Below, one piece after another: positions 53,901-64,000 of a stretch of DNA of 64,000 nucleotides. Where the stretch lies: assembly GCF_009914755.1 (NCBI RefSeq), contig NC_060927.1; one strand, given 5' to 3'. The notes under the pieces were generated by a model, which had not been told where the DNA came from, made no database searches, and worked only from the letters and a program-made list of their open reading frames with translations. The translations under genes and the position numbers were made by a program. This stretch comes from the human T2T-CHM13v2.0 reference genome, Homo sapiens. Each line of letters starts with the position of its first letter. Position 1 is the first letter of the stretch.

Positions 53901-54424
53901 TGTATTAGCGTTCTCTAAAGGGACAGAACTAATAGGATAGATGAGTACATGAAGGGGAGTTTATTAGGATAATTGATTCACACAGTCACAAAGTGAAGTC
54001 CCACAATAGGCCATCTGCGAACTGAGGAGCCAGGAAGCCAATCTCAGTCCCAAAACCTCAAAAGTAGGGAAGCTGATAGTGCAGCCTTCATCTGTGGCCA
54101 AAGGCCTGAGAGCCCTTGGCAAACCACTGCTGTAATTCCAAGAATCCAAAAGCTGAAGAACTTGGAGTCTGATGTTCAAGGGCAGAAAGCATCCAGTGCA
54201 GGAGAAAGATGGAAGCCTGAAGACTCAAGTCTGCTCTTTCCATTCCTGCTTTTATGCTGGCAGCTGATTAGATGGTGCCCACCCAGAATGAGGGTGGGTC
54301 TGCCTCTCCAAGTCCACTGACTCAAATGTTAATCACCTTTGGCAACACCCTCACAGACACACCCAGAAACAATACTTTGCACCCTTCAATCCAATCAAGT
54401 TGACACTCAATATTAACCATCATA
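53901..54424 (-). mobile_element. MLT2A (A2-like) solo LTR
   Basis: TGTATTAG..GGGACAGAACTAATAGGATA ... GTTGACACTCAATATTAACCATCA; perfect TSD GCACC. Confidence 0.92.
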
Positions 54425-55087
54425 GCACCTTCACAGAAAGATAATCCCACCCCCACCAGGAGGTACAGGGGTGGAGTGGGCTGCTGCCTTCAAGCTGGGG
54501 TGGGTTGCAGGTGTCAAGAACAGTAAGGAGTGGGGGAACCAAATTAACTCTCCTCGTCTATTTCTGGTGACTTCAGATACCTCACTTTCCATTCAGAGCA
54601 CTAGTCTTCAAACTTAAAAAAACCAGGACACATAGTTTAAAAAATAATAGCCTTATGACATAAAATTTAAAAGTTAATATTAATTATCTTAGTAATATTT
54701 CAAGTGAACATACGGGTAAATACCAAATTTAAGCCCCTCAAACAAAACAGAATGCCACTATGTTGACTATGACCCAGTGAATTGATTGCATGACCCACAT
54801 AGTGGGTACCAACCCCAATTGCAAGGAGACTGCTGAGTGTCCAAATATCTCCAATAGCAACTCTTCCTTCCTCATAGGCTTCCATCTCTGCAGCAGGCGA
54901 TTTTTGTGTGTTTGTGTTTGTTCTCTCCCAGGAAGAGTTTAAGGTATGTGAGCTGTGTAAAATGTTGCAGGAAAGTGTCTCTCAAGGTTTCCCTCACTTT
55001 CACTCCATTCCTTCCCAAGCTGGGGTGCCTAGCTCTTTCTTCATTCACTGGGGGAAGAAACAATGACTCACCTCCTCAAAGATGAAG

Positions 55088-55243
55088 TACAAGCATTCCT
55101 CATTTTGGGAGTTAAGTCCAATAAACCAATTGAAGTTGAAAATACCATAATTCAAAAGTGTGTAAGGAGTGTACTGAATGCAGAACTTTGGTACTATCGT
55201 AAATTCGAAAAAACCTAACCATCTTAAGTCAGGGACCATCTGT
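55088..55243. mobile_element. MER47/Tigger5-like MITE remnant
   Basis: ATAAACC..AAGTTGAAAATA..TACTGAATGC..ATCGTAAA..AACCATCTTAAGTCAGGGACCATCTG. Confidence 0.65.
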
Positions 55244-55353
55244 TTAGGTATCTAAAGTTTTGCCAGCACTCTATCATACACTTCATCTTATTTATTCCTT
55301 CAGGGGAGGGAGATGGCATCTTTCAGTCTCAGTAGAAGGCATTAATTCCTTTT

Positions 55354-55680
<327 letters not shown>

Positions 55681-56544
55681 CATTAATTCCTTTTTTAAAA
55701 AATACATTTTTAGGAGGATTTTTGTGGTCACCTGAGTTAATGTAGAAGGTGACAGGAGAGGACCTAACTCCACTTAATCATCTCCTCCCTGTTCCTCACC
55801 TGGCTTCTTTGCACAGGGTGGAAATATTGTTGGAGAAGAAAGCAAGCCAGAATTGTTTCAGTTCATCTTATTGCCCTTCTAATCAAAAGTTGAGTGTGTC
55901 TGGAAACCATTCAAATGTGAAAAATCTTCCTAATGAAGGCAAACTAGAGAAATGGATGAGAGCAAATCACTAGGGGTGAAAAAGCACTAGAAAGTTTTGA
56001 AAAAGTTACAGCCTGTTATAGTTCCCTACCCTTCACTCTTGAAAGACTATGAAAACTTCAAATACTGCCCTTTGACAGCACAATACTGTACAGCTGCAGT
56101 GGCCTCGTGTTGAAAGTATAAAGCAAATACTGTGGTTAAAAAACATTTCTCGGAGTTCTTTACATTTCCCCACTTTTCATGTAAGTTTCTGTCTTATCTG
56201 TAATTCCTCCATTTTTATCATGACCTTTTATCTTGTTCTTGTGTTCTCCCTTCGCTGTAATTGCTTCACCATCTCTGCTTTCTCTGGTTGCCTTGAGATG
56301 TTCGGGGCTGCTTGCTTATATAGTTTATTCCTTTGTTTTGTCTTTTTGTGGCTTGTGAGCCTTTCTGCCTCTCAATATTCACACCATGCATGGTGAATAA
56401 TACAACCAGAAGTATACCATAGACCAAGCCCCTCCATTATGTCTTCCTCATCCCAAAAAGTAGGTTTGTAATCATATAACACTCATTTTTATTTCTTAAG
56501 ATTTCATTCTAGCAAATTACATGTTTTTCCTTATAGGGCTGCTT

Positions 56545-57055
56545 TAAAAACTTAATAGGCTGTTTTTTTTAATCAGTTTTGATGGTTTACAGAAAAGTTG
56601 AGCAAAAAGTAGAGTTCCAACACATTCTGTCACAGACCCCTCAGCCTATCGTCTATTCCCCTATTATTAACAACTTGCATTAGTGTGGTACATTTGTTAC
56701 AATTGATGAGTCAATATTGATAAATTGTTATTAATTAAAGTCTGGTTTACATTAGGGCTCACTCTTTGCCTTGTAAATTCTGTGAGTTTTGAGTATAACA
56801 ACATGTACCCACTATTAGAATATGGTACAGAGTAGTTTTATTGCTCTAAAAGTCTTGTACTCCACCTATTCATTCTTCCCTCTCTCCCTCTCCCAGAACA
56901 CTTAGCAACCACTGATCTTTTCAGAATGACATCTTTCACTTAGCAATATGTGTTTAAGCTTCCTCCATGTCTTTTCATGGCTTGATAGCTCATTTCTTCC
57001 TATTGCTGAATAATATTCCATTGAGTGGATGTACCACAGTTTGTTTATTCATTAG
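56545..57055 (-). mobile_element. L1MC 3' end
   Basis: GGTTTACAGAAAAGTTGAGCA..GTGTGGTACATTTGTTACAATTGATGAG..TGAATAATATTCCATTG. Confidence 0.85.
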
Positions 57056-57063
57056 GACCTCTT

Positions 57064-57064
57064 T

Positions 57065-57095
<31 letters not shown>

Positions 57096-57344
57096 TTTTT
57101 TTTTTTTTTGAGACATTCCTGCAGCCTTGACCTCCCTGGCTCAAGCCATCTTCCCAACTCAGCCTCCAAAGTATCTGGGACTATAGGCATGCACCACCAT
57201 CCCCAACTTATTTTTGTATTTTTTGTAGTGATGGGGTCTCACTTTATTGCCCAGGCTGGTCTCAAACTCCTGGGCTTAAGTGATCCACTCACTTTGGCCT
57301 CCCAAAATGCTAGGCTTAACAGGTGTGAGCCAACACACCTGGCC
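57064..57344 (-). mobile_element. AluJ with a right-arm deletion and a (CT)n/T tail
   Basis: GCAGCCTTGACCTCCCTGGCTCAAGCCATC; TTGCCCAGGCTGGTCTCAAACTCCTGGGCT. Confidence 0.88.
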
Positions 57345-58239
57345 TGTTAAACCCTCTTTGTATTACAAAATCTTAGTGATCCTGGCTTTTTTCAGCACAA
57401 CCAAGATATTTGATTTCTGTACGACAACTACGACATACATATTTTGATGCCTATGGAATAGCCCTGTTTTCTCACAAATCAGAATACTGCAAGAACAGAT
57501 AACAACCATAAATGTATTGCTGTATTTCATCTTCATTTGCCATCTGGTCTCACTTGAGGAGAATCTTATTTGAACATCAACAATATCCTAGGTATCCTAG
57601 AGGACACCCTGAATTAATGGCTGAGATCCTCATTTGGCGAGTACCATGCAAGGTAGGGAATATTCGTCATCGTTTTCCTCTGGTAAATTATATTTCTCTT
57701 TAAGAAAAAAGATCAGACACATCATGGAACACTGCTGATTTTGTGTTCATCTCTGGTATATTTGTGTGTTGTATGCCTGCTGCCATTGTCCGTTTATTTG
57801 GCACATAGTTTTCCCCATCAGCATGTGTCTGGATGGAATCCAGGTGAACCCTGTGGACCTGGCTGACCCCTACTCCCACTTCAGTGATGCTCACTAGGTG
57901 GTGAGAAGATGGAGGCAGTTCCGACGGCTCAATGACCAAGTTCATCCCTGGTTAACCCAAACAGGACTGTTTCAGTTCTGAAATAAAATTGAAAACACAC
58001 CCTGGAAAGGGAGATAGAATGCAAATCCTTAGAGGACACTTCCTGTGTTCTCCATTTCAGCCTCTCTCCCTCAGAATCTATTAGAGTGCCTTCTCTTGAT
58101 GAAAACTCAGTGTGCACATTCAGCTTATTAAAATAGGACACGATTTTTTGGCATGGTAGATATTTTAAAAGTCTTATTTAAATAGAGGGTCTGATTTTTT
58201 AATCCAAGGTAGTAAATTAGGAATGGGAAACCTCAATTT

Positions 58240-58500
58240 AATCTCATTTTAGTGAAGATTTATTGAGAGCCTACTAGATGCTGGAAACTGTGGTAGGTAT
58301 AATAGAAGATGCCACCAGGAATCAGAAATGGATTTCAGCTTCAGAAAGTTTACTGCTTTAGGAGGACTGATTTGCTCATTAATAGTAGAAAAAAATACGT
58401 TATGAGAAAAGAATAATTCAAGTTAAAGGAGCTGGTGGGAGAGGTTAAGATGTCCGGATGAGATTGTCCTATATGGCATGAGCACCTTGAAGATGAAACT
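58240..58500 (-). mobile_element. L2 fragment
   Basis: ATTTATTGAGAGCCTACTAGATGCTGG..CTGTGGTAGG. Confidence 0.55.
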
Positions 58501-60459
58501 TAGCATGTCAAGCTATCTGAACTAGGTGGTAAAAACTATGAAGGCAAGAAAATGGGTGTGTTGCCCTCATCTGATGAGTATGTCTGGTTGTTAAATATTG
58601 TCTCTCTTTGAGTTCTGTTTCCTACTCCACGCCATCTGGATTTTCTCTCACTGGCTCTCTCCATGTGCCTCTTACCTCCTTTTTCTTATTCTTCTGTCTC
58701 TCTTCTCAAATTGTCCTCAGGACTCAAGATTTAGTAAGTATTACATACTTTGAATGAATTTTTATATTGTCTGTGACTACTCTTTAAAGGTATGTGAAGT
58801 AGTTTGTATATCTCACAACACTGAATTAAATGTGTTTAATGTCTATGGAGAGGTATCATGCTCAGCACTTTGAAGCAGAAGGATGTCTATCTTATTCACC
58901 TGTCTTTAATAGTGCCTGGGACACAGCTGGTGACTCCAAGAGATTTCAAGCAAGAAAACCTGGAGTTTGTATCATTTATTAGTTCTGTGGCAATGGAAAT
59001 TTTGCCCATTTTTTAATGTCTTCTCATCTAAGAAAAGGGGGTAATAATTATATTTCAAAGTTCATTTTAAATCAGAAGAAACAAAAGATAGGAAAACACA
59101 GCCATCAAGTGTTTGAAGTATTGTGTGTTGCCATTTGTTTGGATGGCAATCAAGAGCTCATGAAAGAGTAAAATTCTCCAGGCACAGAAGAGGCACCATT
59201 CCCCCTTTTCAGTTAACCTGGTTAGTATATTTTTGGGGTTCCTTCAAGGTCTATAATTCCACATTTCAGGACCATCTCATTTCACCAAGCTTAAGACATA
59301 TTTCTTATACATCTTTTGTTTGGACCTACATTTCTAAATCTGTTCCCTTTCTCTTGTACCACTCTCCCTCCCCATTACAATGCACTGTAATACATCTTGG
59401 AAAAAAGTCCACTCTGCCTTCCTAACTTGACACAGACAGCAAGATCCGACAGATTTATTTGTAAATGGGTCTTTTATGCTTCATGTAGCTCAGCGCTGCA
59501 TAAATAATACCTGGAAAACTTTTCAAATTTCAGCCCATTGGCAGGCCTGAACTCCACATACGTTATTAGAAACTCCTACGAAGTGAATCTAAATGCCACG
59601 GTCCTTGTAGGGGGCTACGTGGCTGATGCGGCAGGTCAGGAAAATGCATACCTTTGCGTGAGTTCCTCCAAACTCAAGACTGGGGGGAGGTGGCCTCAGG
59701 ATGTCCTCTTGAACTGAGTACATGGATTACAATCATAAATGTTTTGGAATGAAAGAAGCTGAGAGAAGGGGAAGGAACATTTGACATATCATAGTATGAT
59801 TTCCAGGCCCTTAAGGGATTGTAGAGAGGAGGCTGGGATTTTTAGGACACTCCCTGCCCCAAGAACACATATGCATGGGCATGTAGTCCCATGCAAACTT
59901 ACATACTCCCACCAAAACCAAAGAACACGTGAAATGGACTGGTCACATTTGAGTAAAGTGGTCACCTAGGAACAGTGAAGGAGCAAAGGTGAACCCTCAC
60001 TGAGAGTAACCTGCCTCATTTACTCCATCCTGCTCAGTTCCACTGTCTTTCCTTAGCCATTTTGTTTGTGGGAGGCAACCCTTTCTTGGGATGAAAGCAC
60101 TGTCCCCACAGCACAGTGGAAGTATCCTAGGGTAGGCTGTCTTAGCCTTTATCTGTCAATAACACAACAATATACTGCATCTTCCCTAAGTCAGTAGTTG
60201 TCTCTTCTCTTGACGATAACAAGTCTCAATGGTGGTGCTCTCACATGGGTTGGGGACTCCTCAGCTGTAGCAAAGATAAGGCCAGGTAAGGGCTATACTA
60301 CTGAAAAAACCAGCTGGGAATAACGTAGTTTATCCCAAACTCCCGCGGATTGACAGGATGGTGGCACTTGATAATTGCTGCCTTATGGAATGAGAGACCA
60401 GCCACATATTTTACGGGACATAAACAAGGGCATTGGCAAGTGAACAGGTGGGTGCAACA

Positions 60460-60553
60460 TAAGATTGACAGATAAAATACAGGATTCCCAGTTAAATCTG
60501 AACTTCAGATGAACAAGTAATGTTTTAGTTTAAGTAGATCCCAGACAACCCAG
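60460..60553. mobile_element. MER53 fragment
   Basis: CAGATAAAATACAGGA..CCCAGTTAAATCTGAA.TTCAGATGAACAA. Confidence 0.65.
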
Positions 60554-60581
60554 TTATATTGGAGTTTTTAAAAAACTCTCT

Positions 60582-60591
60582 CATATATATG

Positions 60592-60650
<59 letters not shown>

Positions 60651-60651
60651 G
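60582..60651 (+). repeat. (TA)n-(AC)22-(AT)6 microsatellite
   Basis: Directly visible. Confidence 0.95.
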
Positions 60652-60727
60652 AAGGTCCTGAAAAGTGTCTTTCTAGTGAGTATGAAATGATAAAGTGTTG
60701 ACTATCCATGTCAGTCATGATTACTAA

Positions 60728-61127
60728 CTTTTAATTTTTATTTTATTTCAGTAGCTTTTGGGGAACAGGTGTTTTTTTTGGTTACATGAATATGTTCTTT
60801 AGTGGCGATTTCTGAGATTTGGTGCACCCATCAACTGAGCAGCTTATACTGTATCAATATATAGTCTTTTATTCCTCACCCCCCTGCTAACCTTCCCCCC
60901 AAGTCCCCAAAGTCCATTGTATTATTCTTATCCCTTTGCATCCTTATAGTTTGGTTTCCATTTATAAGTGATAGCATACGATGTTTGGTGTTCCATTCTT
61001 GAGTTAGTTCACTTTGAATAATAGCCTTCAACTTCTTCCACATTTCTGCAAAGGCCATTATTTCATTCTGTTTCATGGCTGATTAGTATTCCATGGTTTT
61101 TACATACCACGTTTTCTTTATCTACTC
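60728..61127 (-). mobile_element. L1PB 3' end
   Basis: TTTTGGGGAACAGGTG..GTTCTTTAGTGGCGATTTCTGAGATTTGGTGCACCCATCA; decayed ORF2 tail in ORF 60876-61076. Confidence 0.9.
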
Positions 61128-62519
61128 AAAACAATTTTTTATTTAGCATAAGTAAAGTCCCATGCAGTATTTGGCCAAGAGGATCAATTCGGGGGGTGGG
61201 AGAAAGCCCCATGACTGACAGTCCTTTTATGTTACACGGAATCTGGGAAGCACTTCCAATGGAAACAGAAGAGAGGGTGAGGAAAAGTGTGTTGACATAA
61301 AGAAACACCTTCACCAACAAAAAGGAAACACAATGATCATAGTCCCTACAGATGAAATAATTGAAATTAGGCTAAAGGGAAAAGATAAGTAATCATTTTG
61401 ATCCCTAAATGTTTTGAGTTGTGCTTTAATCTCTAAATTTTGGAACATTTTTCTTACAGTTATTCACCATGAGTAGATTAACTTAAGTAAATGTCACTAT
61501 TTACTCTCAAATTTATTTTTTGGAAAAACTAGCGGTAAGAAATGTACTCTCATCCAGGTTCATTTCATTTGCACTCTCCACACTTCCTAATCTTTTCTAG
61601 CTATTTTCACATGTTTTAAAAAAAATGCTCACCATTTCCAACCGTAACCGGAACCAAGCAAGTATTTAATCATTTAATGCAGTTCTCTATTGACTTCCCA
61701 GAGGGAAATCTGGGGATTTTGAATGGAAATTCAGAGCAATGTCTGTGTTGCCCTTGCCCCACTCAGATTCCACTTCTCCCTAATTTATGCCTTTCTTCTC
61801 AGAAGGAGTTCATCAAGTTCATTGCCAACTTCCACTGCTTCATTACCAAATGTGAACCTCCCCCTGGCACTAGGCTTACTTTAGCATTTTTTCCTCAGGT
61901 GAGAGCGTGAAATGTCTCAGTTTAATCACTTGTGAGCAGAGAGGGCACCAGATAGCAACCCGGGCGCTCTCCCACCTGCAGCTTCGATAGGAAAGAATCA
62001 ATCTAGCATATAAAAGCAGGCACAGATAAATTGCTAAACACTGTAGTACAATGACGGCATACATCTCCGGAATGAGAATCTTCAAAATCAATAAGAATTG
62101 AAATTGAAAAAGGAAGAATTGTAGCTGTCAAAATGCAGGATGCTGGCAGGTTATTCACGTTGAGGTCCATTTTGGCTTTTCTAGCCCAGGAGAATCATCT
62201 GTTAAGAAAAGTTGTCTCTAGGGTGACCTTTGTTATGTCTCTTTGAAAAAACATTGTGTCTCAGCCTAGGGACTGGATTCTTCTTCCAAATCATAATTGA
62301 CCTTATCCTTCATGTCATGTTAGGGGACATTCCCCTCAGCGAGAGAGGGAAGCCCGAAGGAGAATTAGAAGCCAGTGTTCAGAGGCTCGTGTGGGGAGGG
62401 GGCCTGGGTATAGTGAGGCCATGTGGGCTGGAAGGACTTTAGTTTTTGACCAAGTTTTATAATCTGTTCTATCATTTTCTGAAATTTGAAATTCTAAAAA
62501 AATCAAGGAATGTACTACC

Positions 62520-62835
62520 ATCACAATAATAATAGCCCATTATTTACTAAGTAATTATATGTGCCTGCATTGTGCAAAGCACTTGATATACATTCTTATA
62601 TATGACAATAATGGTGATAATACTGATAATAGCTAAGTTTTTTAGTATGTATTTGATGGGCATTGTGTCATGAAAGCCTTATGCCACCCCTCCAAACTAT
62701 GTACAATTACGATCCCATTTTACAGATAAACAGGCTTAAGAGTGGTTGAGTACCTTGCCCAATGTCACACAGTTGGTGGGGGCTGGGGTGGACATGAATC
62801 TCACTCTGTCTCGCTCCAGAATTTTCCTGCTTTGC
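62520..62835 (-). mobile_element. MIR fragments
   Basis: ATCCCATTTTACAGAT..TTGCCCAATGTCACACAG. Confidence 0.7.
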
Positions 62836-63684
62836 TTCCTTCAGTCATGTTTTACATCTGTGCATGTTAGCATTTCTGGCAGCTGACAGTTGGGCTGCCT
62901 TTGATGTTGTTTTTTTGTCCATGACTCATTCTACTGCCCTGCAATTTCCTCACCCCAAATGGTAGGAAGTCCTTCCTCATGCCCGGTCTACTTTCAGTTA
63001 TAACTTCTTGGACATGTTTCTTTTTTTCACCAAACTTAGAGCAAAGGAGATATGGAATTTTCCTTTTGGCATTTGGAAATCTGTAAGAATCGCCATCATG
63101 TGATTTAGCGTGTGTGTGTGGTTTTTTAAAACTAACATACAACCATTCACAAATTAACCACTGTACGTGTGTCCTGAAAGCATGTTTTAAACCTCATCTT
63201 CATGTAATGATTAAAAACAAAAGTTTGTTGCCTGGAAGACCCACTAGGAGTGCAAGTAGCAGCAGGGCACAGAGGAGAAAGAACTTGTCACAAACCGTGG
63301 GAACCAGAAACCTGTCCTGTCTCTCAGTTATGAGATGAAATTCAAACTGTGAGGCTCTACTTTCTGTATATCTGCATTTTAAAATGTATCTTTATTTTTC
63401 CAATCTTTTTTTTAAAGAAAGATTGTGTTAAAGGGATATATCTGGGTGCATAGGTTACCTTAAGATGTAACCAGTTAGCAGATTTGTTCAAAAGAACAAT
63501 TTTGCTTTTGAAAGCAAAATTGACAGATTAATATCAATTTTTTTTTTTTAGCAAACTGTGTTTCTAAAACGTATACATTATCATTGGCTTGAGGACTGAG
63601 GGACTAAAGTCTATACACATATATTTTTCATGAGCACGATGTTTGTCTTTCAAATAGAGGTTTCATCGGTAATGGTCTCTAGGG

Positions 63685-63837
63685 CAGGGTGCTTCAAACT
63701 GGAAAGTACAGGAGGCACCTGGGGATCCAGTTAAAATAAAGGTTCTCATTCCAGAGCTCCAGGGTGAGACCTGAGACTGCATTTCTCCCAGGTGACATCA
63801 ATGCAGCTGATTAGGGTTCATACTTTGAGAAGCAGGG
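63685..63837. mobile_element. MER5A-type hAT MITE
   Basis: TTCAAACT..CACCTGGGGATC..GTTAAAAT..CCTGAGACTGCATTTCT..CCAGGTGA..ACTTTGAGAAGCA. Confidence 0.8.
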
Positions 63838-64000
63838 CTCTCTACTACCATACAGATTTTGTTACCATGAAGAATATATAAGGAACATTATATACTAGGC
63901 GCTAATTCATATGTTGTTCAATAAATTGAACTGCTCTTTTTGTTTGCCTTTTTCCCTCCAAGATACAGTTGAATTAGTTACACAGACCTATATTCTCAGT

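Overview
This is non-coding primate (very probably human) nuclear DNA: AT-rich, CpG-depleted, with no CpG island and no recognisable host protein-coding exon, rRNA, tRNA or CRISPR array. Much of the window is transposon debris. It includes at least ten Alus (several with target-site duplications), L1 fragments of many ages, L2, MIR, a probable CR1, hAT and Tigger MERs, and many solo LTRs with a dense cluster at about 45.6-54.4 kb. The only real protein homology in the ORF track is L1 ORF2p C-terminal sequence; the other ORFs look like chance or Alu/LTR-derived frames. I do not see a convincing new biological system. The points most worth checking are: an exact (TTAGGG)4 interstitial telomere tract; two local duplications (153 bp at 87% identity, and 31 bp at 28/31); a head-to-head Alu pair 25 bp apart; an inverted AP-1/CRE/AP-1 cassette; three E-boxes with exact 5-nt spacers; and an AG|GTGAG junction resembling a recursive splice site. 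Repeat subfamily names come from recalled consensus sequences and need RepeatMasker/Dfam confirmation. Boundaries without a TSD are approximate.
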